A stretch of DNA of 63,463 nt, counting the filler, from Squatina squatina (lineage: Eukaryota), in assembly GCA_031763465.1 (NCBI GenBank). It is 3 parts of 3 records of this genome, joined end to end, with 100 filler letters (N's around TTAATTAATTAA, not from the genome) between each part and the next. Parts side by side here need not be neighbours in the genome. Positions count along the whole stretch, not along the records: positions 50,564 to 63,463 come from JARFOE010000100.1; 2 more parts are not named here. One strand, 5' to 3'. The notes beneath the pieces are model-generated. The model made no database searches. It was not told the DNA's origin and worked only from the letters and a program-made list of their open reading frames with translations. A program made the translations under genes and the position numbers. Of the stretch, positions 51,454 through 63,463 are shown piece by piece (position 1 is the stretch's first letter; every line of letters begins with the position of its first letter).

Positions 51454-51640
51454 GCCAAATCATTAAATATATTCAAGAGGGAGTTAGACATAGCTCTTAA
51501 GGCTAAAGGGATCAAGGGATACGGGGAGAACGCAGGGACAGGGTACTGAAGTTGGAAGATCAGCCATGATCTCATTGAATGGTGGAGCAGGCTCGAAAGG
51601 CCAAATGGCCTACCCCTGTTCCTATCTTCTATGTTTCTAT
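51454..51640 (+). mobile_element. CR1 LINE 3' end
   Basis: AKSLNIFKRELD followed by a tail ending TTCTATGTTTCTAT; same family as 1434-1698. Confidence 0.85.
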
Positions 51641-52502
51641 ACTCATAATTTGGTGGGTCCAGCTAGAGGGTTAATAGGTTTTCACCGTGTGGTTTGCACC
51701 TGTTGATTCACACCTCAGCATGAGCAGACACTGGTGGCAGGGACAGCTGTGGAGAGTCTGTGTCAGGGACACAATCATCGCCAAGCTCTGCTCAGCAGGG
51801 CACAGATGCTGAATCCTGGGGGCTATCGTTGAGAAAGAGAATGCTAGAGGTGCACCAGAAAATTACCCAGGTATTGACAGATTTGCCAAGTTAACTCTCC
51901 ACAATAGCGGAGAGGATGGAGAAGTCCAGCTCAATCATTAGTGGATTGGTGGTGCAAGGAATTGCGAGAATGTCTGCCATGGAGAGATTCTCCATCTTCA
52001 TGGAGATTCAAGTGCGCTCCTATTTGAATACATACAGGCAATTAGCATGGCCATGCAGACTTTAGATGCCATCTGTCTGCCACCTTAAACACTATGCCAG
52101 ATAACTCATCAGTGGCCTGACAACGCATCACTGATCTGCACCAAGCTTCTCTCCTGTAGGGTGGTAGAATGTGGTGCTGGCCCAGGAAAGGGATAATGGT
52201 GAAAGGGGACATGGAAGTGGGAACTCCACTCAGAGCGCTCCCATTTCTCACCAAATGACACTCTCCCCACCCAGTTCTTGATATGTTGCCTCATCTCCCG
52301 ATGACCAAGACTTCCCCTGCACAGGTGTAGATGGAGCAGTCTTTGGCATGGCCCTCAGGGGCTCGAAATGTGCAGCAGACTGTGACACCCTCAATACATC
52401 TCNNNNNNNNNNNNNNNNNNNNNNNNNNNNNNNNNNNNNNNNNNNNNNNNNNNNNNNNNNNNNNNNNNNNNNNNNNNNNNNNNNNNNNNNNNNNNNNNNN
52501 NN

Positions 52503-52662
52503 ATTTATCCACATTATACTGCATCTGCCATGCATTTGCCCACTCACTCAACCTGTCCAAATCACACTGGAGCCTCTCTTCATCCTCCTCACAGCTCACA
52601 CTCCCACTCAGCTGTGTGTCGTCCGCAAACTTGGAGATATTACATTTAATTCCCTCATCTAG
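52503..52662 (-). mobile_element. CR1 reverse transcriptase fragment
   Basis: LDEGIKCNISKFADDTQLSG...LQCDLDRLSEWANAWQMQYNVDK contains the FADD RT motif. Confidence 0.9.
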
Positions 52663-55600
52663 ATAGGAAGAACTTATTGATACCAATCCAGAATTTAACT
52701 TTTACCAGTTTGAAGCTGTAACCCCCCACCCCCGTGTCACAAATCAACGTATCTTCTCCATTCCCATATCTATGTTCCAAAGTTCTAAATGATGGCTCCT
52801 CACGCGCCTCCTTCCCAGGCCGCTAAGCCCAGGTTTCTCCAGTCTTTTGCTAAAACTGTTGCTTCAACCTTTATAGACAAGAGGGGAAATGTAGGCCGCA
52901 TTCCCTGAGGCACTCACTAAGAATGGTGGCAGTTTGGGGATGTTGGCTGGGTTGATTAGTCTGTTGAGGCGAAAATTGAATGAAAATAAACCCAAATGTC
53001 TACAGTGTCCTGTTTTAGTTAAATTGTCATCCACCCAGAATGCCATGCTGCCTATAGATCGCATTGTATTATTACCACAGATGGTTTGTATGAGGAGCAC
53101 AGCCTGCCAATGAAAGGTTTATTGTATTTCAATTATTTCCAATGTCTAAAACACCTGCTTCCAAATTAGCTATACAATCATGCAGAAATTCAGTCCTGCT
53201 GAATAACCTTTCTACATTGGCAACGTGAAGCATTTTACAAAATGTACACATGCAAAGAATAACAAGTTAGTATGTTACAGGACCAACAATTAAGTTCTCA
53301 AAATGAGATTGTAAACCTTAAGAGCAAAGCACAAATGTTTTGTGATTATGTGAACTTGAGGTTGTTTCCGACTAACTTGATGTAATTGATTGTGCTCTTC
53401 AAAACAGTCTGCAATTCTGTGCACGCTGCTGTCTGCTGCTCTTGGTCGTAATGGCTAGTTGTCATGTGACAAGAGTACAACAGCAGTGAGGAAATGTGAC
53501 AAAAATAGGAATTTATGAGGGTACTTTTAACCCTATCCGCCCATTGGAAACTGGATGGGTGGGCTGTTAAAATCGCCCAGTTACTTACCCGTCCTGGCAA
53601 CAACCAGTTGTGATTTGCTCCAGCTCTCTTGAGCAGGCGGCAAGGACACCAGCCCACAGCCAGCGGAGTCCTTTTTAACAACTACATGCCAGGTCCCCAT
53701 TACATCATTAGGGCCTGACTGCAATTTTAATTCCGCGTTCTGAGCAGGAAGCAGCAGTGAGTTTCCAGCAGAGAAGCGGATTATGGCCAGAAGAAGCCCA
53801 AAAGGTAAGTTGCAAAAAATGTTTTTATATTGCTCCCCAGGACTCACAAGGAAAGCTTAGGCCTCCTCTGCCATGGATTCAGCCCCCTCCCTCCTCGTCA
53901 TGGGATGGCTGTGGCACCAGAGTTCCCGCTAATTTTTTTTGAAGCACAGCCCCTTTAACGGGCTGCGCGGCCCATTCAAATTATTGCACAGAGTTTTTTT
54001 TCCCATTTAAAAGCCGGCAAGCAGCCTGCATGGGACCTCCAGACTGCTGCGCAACTGCATAGCTTTACTGTAACATTGCTGGTTGACCCCACTGTGGTCT
54101 TGTTCGCAGTTTCTGTTTTAATTTCTTTCCTCCTGTATTTATAGATTTTGTTTAATTCTCTTTCCTGTCAGAGAGCATGCTCTTTGTTTAATAGCTCTGC
54201 CACAGCAACTCTTGAATGGCAGATTACTCAAAGTAAATCTATCCATCTCATTATGCATTGCTATTCAAATCCTCTTTGTGACAGCACCAGCTAGAGGATG
54301 CTCATTAAAATTATTTTCCTAATTAAAATTCAGGAGCCAAATGCTGTCTCCTGTTACTGTGCCACACAAACAGAAATTGCAGCCAGAGATGGTGCGAATT
54401 TAAACATTAAGGTTAGTTGGGGAAAATTTAAAATTGAAGAATGACATCTGGTCTTTTCTTTTGCAACATGTAATAAGGGTATACACAGTCTTTCTCCCCT
54501 CTCATTGTTCCCTCCCTTTACAAGCTCCCCACTTCCCCCATATCTCCGAGAGTCAATAAAGTGGGGAAGGTATTCTGTTTGCTTGGTTACCACCAATGTT
54601 GCTCTTAGCCAGCTGGCATAAACAGTATAAGAACAGCTTGGCAGAGACTCCTTATCTGATCTTTGCCCACTCCTTTGAGGAGAGACCAAGTCTCCAGTTA
54701 ACACTGTCCAGTACAGNNNNNNNNNNNNNNNNNNNNNNNNNNNNNNNNNNNNNNNNNNNNNNNNNNNNNNNNNNNNNNNNNNNNNNNNNNNNNNNNNNNN
54801 NNNNNNNNNNNNNNNNCGCTATTCAATGGTTGTTGGAGGGGAGCAGACCGATTGTAGTGGAAGATTTATTGGGTAGTTTGTTGGGCCTGGAGGAAGCACT
54901 CCTGCTTCCCCTGGTTCACAAGCAGTACTGTAAAGGCACTAACTTCATGGATTAAGCCCTTCACGCCTGCTTTCAGCTGCCGAGTTCCCCGAGGCCCAGG
55001 AAACATGGCTGGCTGTGGTTAAAAATGGAATCACTATTAAAATGAAGGCAGGCAGCCTCATTAAAATATTTCAATGATCAACTCGCTTCTCGCAAGCAGA
55101 TTGGTTACCCACCTCTCATCCCGCCTCTTTAAAATTGAAGTGGGCGGGTTTGATTCCTGTTCCAGAGTTTGTGCATTTTAACCTTTGACATGACCCCAGC
55201 CCACCCGTTTNNNNNNNNNNCACCCTACCTCTTGTCCCGCCTCTGTTGAAACCGGAAATGGGCAGGACCGAGGCAGGTTGGGGGCCTGTTTCAGATTTTT
55301 TGAATTTTAACCTCTGAGCTGACACCAGCCCACCCGTTTTTGGGAGTTAAGATTCAGCCAAGTGTCTTTCGACTTTATTTTTGTCTTTTGTGGCTGTGAA
55401 AGTAAAACAGGTCAGATTCTCAACTATCAGCTCACATTGCAGAAAAGCCCATTTTTGCAATAATGCTTGTACAGGAGGACATAAAAAAAAACACTGAATG
55501 TACTGTAGCAATATCTGACAATATTTTCCCACTTTATTCTTTATTCTACACGACAGGTAGGTAGAAGATTCATTGTATACAGCCAACACTGTCTCAAAAA

Positions 55601-55974
55601 CACATGTTTCAGCTTTTCAATTGAAAATTTTAGCTCTGAAGGATGAGTAAACTATCTCCAGTTCAGCTGTCAGGTTTAGACGGACCCAAACTAGCCCAAG
55701 CCCAATCAAATTTAGTTCCAGATTGCAAACCGCCAAGATTGCTGTGGTCTAATAGAACACAACAAATGAAAAGCTTGGCTCAGCTCCTTCAGAAATAATA
55801 GCATGAATTACACCATATTTGCACAAATCCAAACTTCTGGGCTTATTACAATACNNNNNNNNNNNNNNNNNNNNNNNNNNNNNNNNNNNNNNNNNNNNNN
55901 NNNNNNNNNNNNNNNNNNNNNNNNNNNNNNNNNNNNNNNNNNNNNNNNNNNNNNTAAATTTTACACTACCTCTT

Positions 55975-56365
55975 TAAATGATAGTCACTGCACCTTTTAA
56001 TGTAGCATCTCAATCTACCTTCACCAATTCACCCCTCATACCTGTGTAGTTTGCTTTGTTTAGATTTAAGACTCTAGTTTCGGATTTAAGTAAATCACTT
56101 TAAACTTAATCTAAAATTCTATCATATTATGATCACTCTTTCCTAAATGGCCCCATTATTACAAGGTTATTAATTAACCCTTTTCTCATTGAAAAGTACT
56201 AGATCTAAAATAGCGTGTTCCCCAATATTCCTCAAAATACTGATCTAGAAAACAATCTTGTATACATCTCATGAAATCGTCCTCCACATTATTATGGCAA
56301 ATTTGTTTTGCCCAGTCTATATATAAATTAAAGTCTCCCATGATAATATATTTCACTTGTTACTT
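55975..56365 (-). mobile_element. Degenerate CR1 endonuclease-domain fragment
   Basis: Minus strand carries GDFNL and LGKSDHN motifs of the APE endonuclease, with frameshifts. Confidence 0.7.
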
Positions 56366-57310
56366 TAAAGGCTGCATAATAGTCCAGACTAAATAGAAAT
56401 ACTATTGTCACTATTATTTTGCTGTATTCTTTGGCTCACATATACACTAAAATACCATAAACATTATTTAGAACTCCTTTGATATTGTATTATATAAATA
56501 AAGATACAGTACATACAAATGGAAGAAAATACTAGACACCTCTGTAAGACAGTAAATTTCTGGATATAAATAGGCAAATATTTGTTATATACCTACATTT
56601 TTAAACAATTCTGTTACTGTAAAACTATTACATTTATTCTTTTTCACAAAAATCAGTTAACATTAATATACACAATCTACACAAAATTAATATTTTTCTA
56701 GAAAGACATTTAGTTTATATCAGTTACAGTAATTATGTAACTTTTACCCCAGAATCACAACTAAGGGGGTGATGCATCTAGAATAAAATGTGGTGCTTCA
56801 CACTCCATAATTTTACATTATGACAAAAAGCACCAATACACAGTGTAGCTACGAGAAACGTTTCTGCANNNNNNNNNNNNNNNNNNNNNNNNNNNNNNNN
56901 NNNNNNNNNNNNNNNNNNNNNNNNNNNNNNNNNNNNNNNNNNNNNNNNNNNNNNNNNNNNNNNNNNNNAACGGTCTAAGTAAGTCTACTATAATAGAGTT
57001 ACATTTTACCTCAATGGGTTGAATTCACTGCACATTGTCCACGGTACTCACAGTTCAGACATTGCTGAGCTCTTTCAAAGGAACATACATGCTGAGGCTC
57101 ACTTGTAAGTACAATATGCATTTAGATTTTGTATCTCTTAAATAATTACTTCTAATAAATACACACTGGCTAAAGAACGGATTTACAGATTGCCTGACAG
57201 TACTGCAATGTGTTGCACAGATCTTTAAATAAAACACATTTGTTGTACATTGTAACCAGTTTCAAGAGAAAGCATTGCTTGGTAATGGCAAACCAAACCA
57301 ATTTAACCCA

Positions 57311-57484
57311 TCACAGATCCTGGCCCAATCGTTCTATCTCGTCAATGAGGAAGTCGATGTCAGATTTTGTTGCAGCTGGGTTTGAGATGACCATGCGGAA
57401 GAAGTTAGTTTTATCTCCTTGAGGTTGATATCCAACCATTGTAGTGCCGCATTCCATCATTTGTGCTTTTATTTTTGGAGCAAC
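57311..57484 (-). CDS. GAD1: GAD1 (GAD67) terminal coding exon
   Basis: catcag|[57 protein letters not shown]; an AT-rich 3' UTR follows, with AATAAA on the minus strand at 56633-56638. Confidence 0.95.
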   Translation of the reverse strand, partial: VAPKIKAQMMECGTTMVGYQPQGDKTNFFRMVISNPAATKSDIDFLIDEIERLGQDL

Positions 57485-58404
57485 CTGATGCAAAAAAAGT
57501 GAATAATTCATAAAGTTTTCTTGGTGGAGAACATTTTTCAAGAGAGACATTAAAAAACAGGTTATAGACCAATGGTTACTGTATTATTTCAAAAAGGAAT
57601 AAAAAGGTGCCAATGTATAAAAATAAGGAAAGATTTTGTTTCAATGTGTTGGCAGGCAGTGCCACCAACATTGTTTGGACTTTTATTTCATCTTTCAAAT
57701 AATTGCTTCAATGATAATATGCAAACCTTTTTGATGTCTCTGTTGACAGATATTAATATTCAGTATTGCTCAGTGCTACATAATTAAACCTTTCACTTTT
57801 TCATTGAACTGTAAATTGTATGGAACACATTTTTACACAAATGTGTAATCTTTTATTACTATCAGCACATTCTGCTACTAAAAGTTAATCTTCAAGGTGA
57901 CATAGTGGTGCACTGCATTGGTACTTCAATTCCATACATGCCAACTGTCAGCTTTTCAACCCTTTTATCAACTTGTCATTCACAAAAAAAAGGTTTCTTC
58001 ACTGGAATTGAAGGTTGTCAATAGGAACCAATCAGATCAGTCACAAGGCTCGACTGGAGGCTGTCCAAACCAACCAGATCAATTAGAAGGAGAACTGAAG
58101 GTTGAAAGAACTATTTTTAACTCTTCCACTGTTGGTTCCACGCAAATGTAATGCAGAAACGTTTTAATGTGAGCTTAATAGTTTCTGGGAATCACTGTTA
58201 CAGGTGTTTTTATTCAGTGTTTGCTCTCAAAGAAGTTGTACATAAGAACCAAGCTGAAAGGAACTTTTGGACAATTGACTGGCTGTTTTAGACGAAGGAT
58301 AACTTTCAGCAAGGCTAATTGCAACATTTGTTTCAGGAGGTGAATGTTCCCCAGTGTGAGTACGTTAACTGAATTGGTGGAATTATCAGGTTTGGAAATA
58401 AAGG

Positions 58405-59005
58405 CCCGATAATTAATGGGTGGCGGGGAAGGAGGGGGAATGACTTTTAGCGGCTGGGAAACCTGGAAATACGGGGAACACATTATTTTCCCCGATTGAG
58501 AGGCTGGCCGGCTGTCAGGTGGGAAGGCTGCGGCCGAAGACTGGAGAGGAGGGAGAGAGAAATCACGGGGGATCGGATCACTGGGAGCGGGAAGGTGGGG
58601 GGTGGGATTCGGATCGCGGGGTTGGAGGTAGATCGAAGCAGGTTAGCTCGCGGGGTCCTGGGAGGCACTCCTGCAAACTCTTGTCCCACAAGCAGTGCTG
58701 GAAAGCACTTATCTATTGCAGCCAGCAGTTCGCGCCTTCCATCAGCAGGACCTTCCCAGGACTCGGGGAAACCCGGCCTGCAGCCTTTAAATCCAAATGG
58801 CTGCTAAAATCTGTGGCACACAGCCTCATTAATGTATTTAAACTACTGAGAGCGTGTTAAATGACTGCACCCGCTACCTCCCAACCCGCTCCAGTCAAAC
58901 CACAAGTAGACTCGTCCCTGGTGGATTGGGTCAGGTTTCCCATTTGTAAGAATTGAACACCACCACCCCGCCCTGCCCGTCCTGGGTGGGTTAAAATTTC
59001 CCCCA
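58405..59005. mobile_element. GC-rich non-autonomous repeat (probably DNA-transposon derived)
   Basis: Shares GGAGG(AA)GCACTCCTGC...CACAAGCAGT...AAAG(G)CACT and CAGCCTCATTAA segments with 54840-55350; ends GGGTTAAAATTTCCCC. Confidence 0.5.
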
Positions 59006-59852
59006 AAGAGTGGGGCAGGAATGGTGATGAGCTTTACTTAATTTAAACAAATTACACTGCGATTTCCAGACTTAGGATTTTACTGGGGAGTACTGCTGTG
59101 TTGTGTAGTGTGAATTGTTGGCAGTCTGTGTGTGAGCCGCAGTGCTTCATTTTGTTCTGTTTGTTTATAGACACAGTTAAAGTCCCTTTGTTACCATGGA
59201 GAACCTGGGGGGGGGGGGGAGAAAGAGTCCATGCTACCTATATTAGAGCACTCAACATCCATGGGGAAGTATGAGGATTAACATTAATAACTAATAAGAG
59301 TATAATAGCTATCCTGAGACTAGAGGTAATTAACCAAATGCATCTGAGAGCACAACATTCAGCTCCCCATGACTGTTCCTGGAAACTATTACTGATTTTA
59401 AGCATTGATAATGTGTAATAATGATTTTTTATTTCAAGTAGAAATAGGTTCAAAGAGCAATAAAAGCTAAAAATGGCTGTTGGTGATCATTTCATTTGAC
59501 ATTTCCACATCCATTATTTTAATGGGTGATGCTAACCCATTTTGATATTAAGATCCATACTAGCTCCTTTCATTTTCCTATTGATAACATCTGTAACCCT
59601 TCCAGGATACAGTACTTTTGGCTTAAATGACAGAATTAAAGTCCCCTCCAAAATGTTAGAAAATGCACAAGATTATCAAAACTTTTCAAAGCACGCCCCC
59701 CCCCATCCCCTTAGAAAATAAATCTCTCACCTGCTGTCAGCTTCACAGACTCNNNNNNNNNNNNNNNNNNNNNNNNNNNNNNNNNNNNNNNNNNNNNNNN
59801 NNNNNNNNNNNNNNNNNNNNNNNNNNNNNNNNNNNNNNNNNNNNNNNNNNNN

Positions 59853-60170
59853 TGTCTGAAAACCCTGTAACCAGGAATATTGAGCTGCCCTTCTTTCAGC
59901 AGTGGTTCAGTAATAGCTATGATATCATACTTCCACATATCTATCTGTACCCTCAGCCTATCTTCCTTATTGAATACTCCTTGTATTGTACTCCTTCAAT
60001 ACTCCTTGTATTGAAGTATATACCATTAAGCACTGCCAAACTCCTTTGTTGTCTACTTTCTGGCTTTTGTTTCCTCTGCCTTCCAAACTCACTTACTAAT
60101 TTTCTGCCTTCCATTTCTAGCTTTGTTTCTCCCCCCTCTGAATCTCCGCTTAGGTTCTCATCCCCTTGTT
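59853..60170 (-). mobile_element. CR1 ORF1/ORF2 junction and endonuclease start
   Basis: LNGIYFNTRSI and KYDIIAITE(P)L...LNIPGYRVFR; homologous to 16600-16774. Confidence 0.8.
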
Positions 60171-60930
60171 GGTGGTCACGTACCAGCTGCACGTTGAGGG
60201 AATGGTATCCTTTCCTGTGATGTATGAAATTGAATTGATAAAAGGAACAGGTATGGCGACATGGATTCAATTTCTGTAGTGGTTCTTCCACTGGTTTATC
60301 TTAACTTTGGTGGAAGAAACACCACATAATGGTCACAAATGCCATTTACATGTTTGCATTTCTAGAATCCTGCCACTAACAAATCCCATTTCATCTTGAT
60401 GCCAAGCATTCATAGGAAAATTGACAAAGTTACTTGCATGAGAAAGGAAGTACCAGACACCTTGTATGTTCCGAATACACTGAGGCCTCTCTCCCCAATT
60501 ATCCCAGACTCTCGCACTGTCACCCCCCAATACTCCTGCACATTGCAACCATCACCCCCCACTTCCAGTCCCCCTGTGTTCCCACCGTGTAATCCGTTCC
60601 AAGTACTTCCACACCCAACAAGCTCTTCCCAGATGCTCCTGCATCTGCCACACTCATCTCAGTACTTCCTCACTCCAAAACTTCCTTCTACCAGAACTCC
60701 TACTGCTTCCAAATCCAAGAAAACCTTTCCCCATTACCCCTAGACCTTTGCATCCCTCCACTTCTCCCATTCCCCCCACTCTCTCCCACTGTCCCAAACT
60801 GATGGACCACCCTCCCAATACTTCCAAACTCCATTCCATATTTATTCTGGACTTTAAGAAGTGATGACATTTTTTGAACAGCAGCCAGAAGGCCCCAGAA
60901 GCTGCTGACAATTACTGCTACTGCACGCCT
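60171..60930 (-). mobile_element. Decayed PIF/Harbinger (HARBI1-like) transposase
   Basis: HRKGYHSLNVQLVRDH matches the Harbinger NRKG.HS.NVQLVCD motif; upstream SHASNFVNFPM..HQDE fits the preceding segment. Confidence 0.7.
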
Positions 60931-61159
60931 CTCAATTTCCTCTACTGCTTTTGGGTACAAGTTTAATTCTGCTCCTTGAAGTTTGGCAGAGAACCTTGGA
61001 AGAAAATTGGCTCAATTTTTTCTATTCAGGCATTATTGTAAAATATAAGAGGAAATTCTTTACACTTTCCTCATTGCTTCAATTCAGACTGGGGAATTCC
61101 CTAAAGATTTCTAAGACAGCTGGGATTGCTAAAAAATCATATATATTTATATTTAAAAA

Positions 61160-61522
61160 GATTCATACTAGTAGCTGTTGAATGTTTAGATAGTTAGATC
61201 TCCACAGTAAAACACATTGAGGATGATGTACCCCCATCAAGGTACAGGAAGTAACTTCTGGTACTTGTGTATATAACCATGATATAGTCAATTCCACTAC
61301 AGCAATTATTTCCAATGTTCCGCAGTGCTGTAACTAGACTACTTTTGTTACCAAGGCAATCACATCTGAAACTACACTGCAAACATGTAAGAGTTGTTTT
61401 TCCAGAATGTTCTGTTTGGAATTTACAGTCTTTACATAAGCACCATCCAACGATGATTCGTACTAGTAGCTGTTGAACGTTGAGATATTTAGATCTCCAC
61501 AGTCAAACACATTGAGAATGAT
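61160..61522. repeat. 68-bp direct repeat pair, 295 bp apart
   Basis: 61160-61227 and 61455-61522 align without gaps and differ at six positions. Confidence 0.85.
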
Positions 61523-62007
61523 TATGGCATTTCAATAAGAAAAAAAATCACCTGCAAATAATATGACCCAGGTTAATGCATACCTCAACCAAAACTAAAA
61601 TTACAACCATAATTAACTCCAAAATTCAGGGAACATGGAAAAACATCCTGTAAATAATTTAAACCTTAGTGGTACTAAACAGAAACCTGCCATTAATTAT
61701 AGCCTAAATCTTACAGGGTTGGACTCTCACCAGTCCTGATCCATTAAAGTAAATGGGTGGACAATCAGAGGCTGGTAAGTGCAGAAGCAGAACTTCTCCC
61801 CTCATGTTTTCTGCAGGTGTGGCTCAGTAAGCTACATTTGTTTTACTTTTCTGACTCTTTTTTGGTGCATTTTTGGGTGCAAGTTTTCTCTTTTCCAAGA
61901 ACCAACTGGTCAGTTTTAATGCTGAAAAACAAATCATCTATTCGGACAAGCAGGTGTTTGCAACATGTCAAGCTGACAATCAAGGACTTCAACCAAGGTT
62001 ACTATAC

Positions 62008-62157
62008 CTTAGCTTTCCACATCAGCCAAAACTTGAAAATGTCCACGTGACGACCGCACTGTATTGCTTTATCCCCTGTGTCATAGGATACATCGTACTG
62101 TTTGTCTTGCTGGAAGAGGTACCCTGCACACATCTGATTGCAGCCCTGGAGGATGCC
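62008..62157 (-). CDS. GAD1: GAD1 exon, 150 nt
   Basis: caaag|[50 protein letters not shown]|gtatag; GAD1-type residues (GCNQMCA, KAIQCG). Confidence 0.96.
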
Positions 62158-62769
62158 CTTTGAACAAAGTAGAATTGCTATTTTACTCCACATAGCCATA
62201 AAAAAATTTACTCTTTCAGAATATTGTGCACTTAGACTATTTTTCAAGATACATATCAGTCGCTCTTTTCTCTCGGCCAGGTAGAGGAAAAAGGGAAAGT
62301 TAAAAATCAATGGAGGGAAGACCATTAAAACAGGCAAAACATGGAATGTCCTCAGACTATTAAGGTACAAAAGACAATAACTGGAATCATCGGGATCAAT
62401 TTCATAATACACCCACTGTTGTTTCTTTTAATTAATTTGAATCACTTCCATTTGATTTGTTCATCTTTATTTCTTCTCCCTCTCCCATTTCTAGTATTGT
62501 ACACAGCCTCTCCGAGGCCAACTATTCAGAGAAAGTATGGAAGCAAACAAGGCCAAGGCCATTCCCGCCAGTTGAGGATTTCCTTGTGAACCAAGAATCC
62601 ACTCTGTTTTAACACTGTTTTACTATCGCAANNNNNNNNNNNNNNNNNNNNNNNNNNNNNNNNNNNNNNNNNNNNNNNNNNNNNNNNNNNNNNNNNNNNN
62701 NNNNNNNNNNNNNNNNNNNNNNNNNNNNNNNTCTTTTATAGATTTGGAATTAAACATGTACACACATAC

Positions 62770-62824
62770 CTTTTGTTTAGCTTCAATAATTTTTGCTTCC
62801 AGATCAGCTGGCATTATTTTCCCC
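62770..62824 (-). CDS. GAD1: GAD1 exon, 55 nt
   Basis: tacag|G GGG AAA ATA ATG...CAA AAG|gtatgt = GKIMPADLEAKIIEAKQK. Confidence 0.95.
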
Positions 62825-62966
62825 CTGTAATCATTTCAGAAACAAACTGTTTATAAAAATCATAATCTTCATAAATGGAAAATCAGCAAATAATTTTCCA
62901 GTCAAGTAGAATTTTTTAAATACAATATATTTAAAGTCAACTCAATGGCAATATCCTAAATTGTAC

Positions 62967-63046
62967 CTTTCGTCACATTTTAATAGAATCACATTGTCTG
63001 TTCCAAATCCAAGTGCAGCCCCTGCCTTCTTTATTGAATAATGACT
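62967..63046 (-). CDS. GAD1: GAD1 exon, 80 nt
   Basis: ttgcag|[26 protein letters not shown](R)|gtac. Confidence 0.96.
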
Positions 63047-63138
63047 CTGCAACAAACAAATAGATTTAAAATCAATTATTTTAGAAAACATGTATAAGCA
63101 TAATGAAAGAAAGAAATTTGATGAATCACACAACTTAC

Positions 63139-63254
63139 GTGTTCTGATGTGAACAGTATCAGTTTAGGAGCTGCAGTCATCCCTTTGACTTTAACATCTG
63201 GGAAATACTTGTAGCGAGCAGCCATTATACTATACATATTTGATATAGCCCCTC
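63139..63254 (-). CDS. GAD1: GAD1 exon, 116 nt
   Basis: tttag|(G)[38 protein letters not shown]|gtaagt. Confidence 0.96.
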
Positions 63255-63463
63255 CTAAAAACCAAATTAAGCAGGAAAATTTTAAAATCACCTTTCCAAA
63301 CATTTACTCATGGTGCTGCTTAATTTCAATTTAATGTATTATATTACCAGCTCTATGATTCATTTCATGGTACCTACTAAAAACTTAGTCCATTTTTATT
63401 TTATATGGAAACATAGAAACATAGAAAATAGCAGCAAAAGTCGGCCATTTGGTCCTTCGAGAC

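Noticed and set aside
57485-62769. Apparent loss of GAD1 exons, including the PLP-lysine (NPHK) exon
   Set aside because: 100-N gaps at 62632-62731 and 59753-59852 lie exactly where these exons belong, and the visible exons are intact, so this is not evidence of a pseudogene.
50564-63463. GAD1 as a neighbour of RBCK1, or a novel GAD paralogue
   Set aside because: Separated from RBCK1 by an artificial spacer; residues and exon sizes (116, 80, 55, 150 nt) fit ordinary GAD1.

Overview
Gap-rich vertebrate genomic DNA whose repeat content (CR1 LINE tails, Deu-type SINEs, Harbinger relics) points to a cartilaginous fish (shark/ray); the species cannot be determined. It is not one locus. Two artificial 100-nt spacers (44 N + TTAATTAATTAA + 44 N at 23912-24011 and 50464-50563) split it into three blocks. 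Block 1 (1-23911) holds 3' exons of RALGPS1 (minus) with ANGPTL2 nested antisense (plus). Block 2 (24012-50463) holds RBM39 5' exons (minus), a pnp4a-type purine nucleoside phosphorylase (minus), the TRIB3 last exon and one RBCK1 exon (both plus). Block 3 (50564-63463) holds the 3' half of GAD1 (minus). All genes are incomplete; many exons presumably fall in 100-N gaps. I found no convincing wholly new biological system. The best leads are two candidate poison exons in RBM39 intron 2, a candidate internal first exon giving a GEF-less RALGPS1 isoform, a PNP4 ohnolog beside RBM39, a TRIB3 tail lacking the COP1-binding motif, and a hairpin element carrying a hammerhead-ribozyme core. Gene identities and human/fish comparisons rest on recalled sequences, not on searches.
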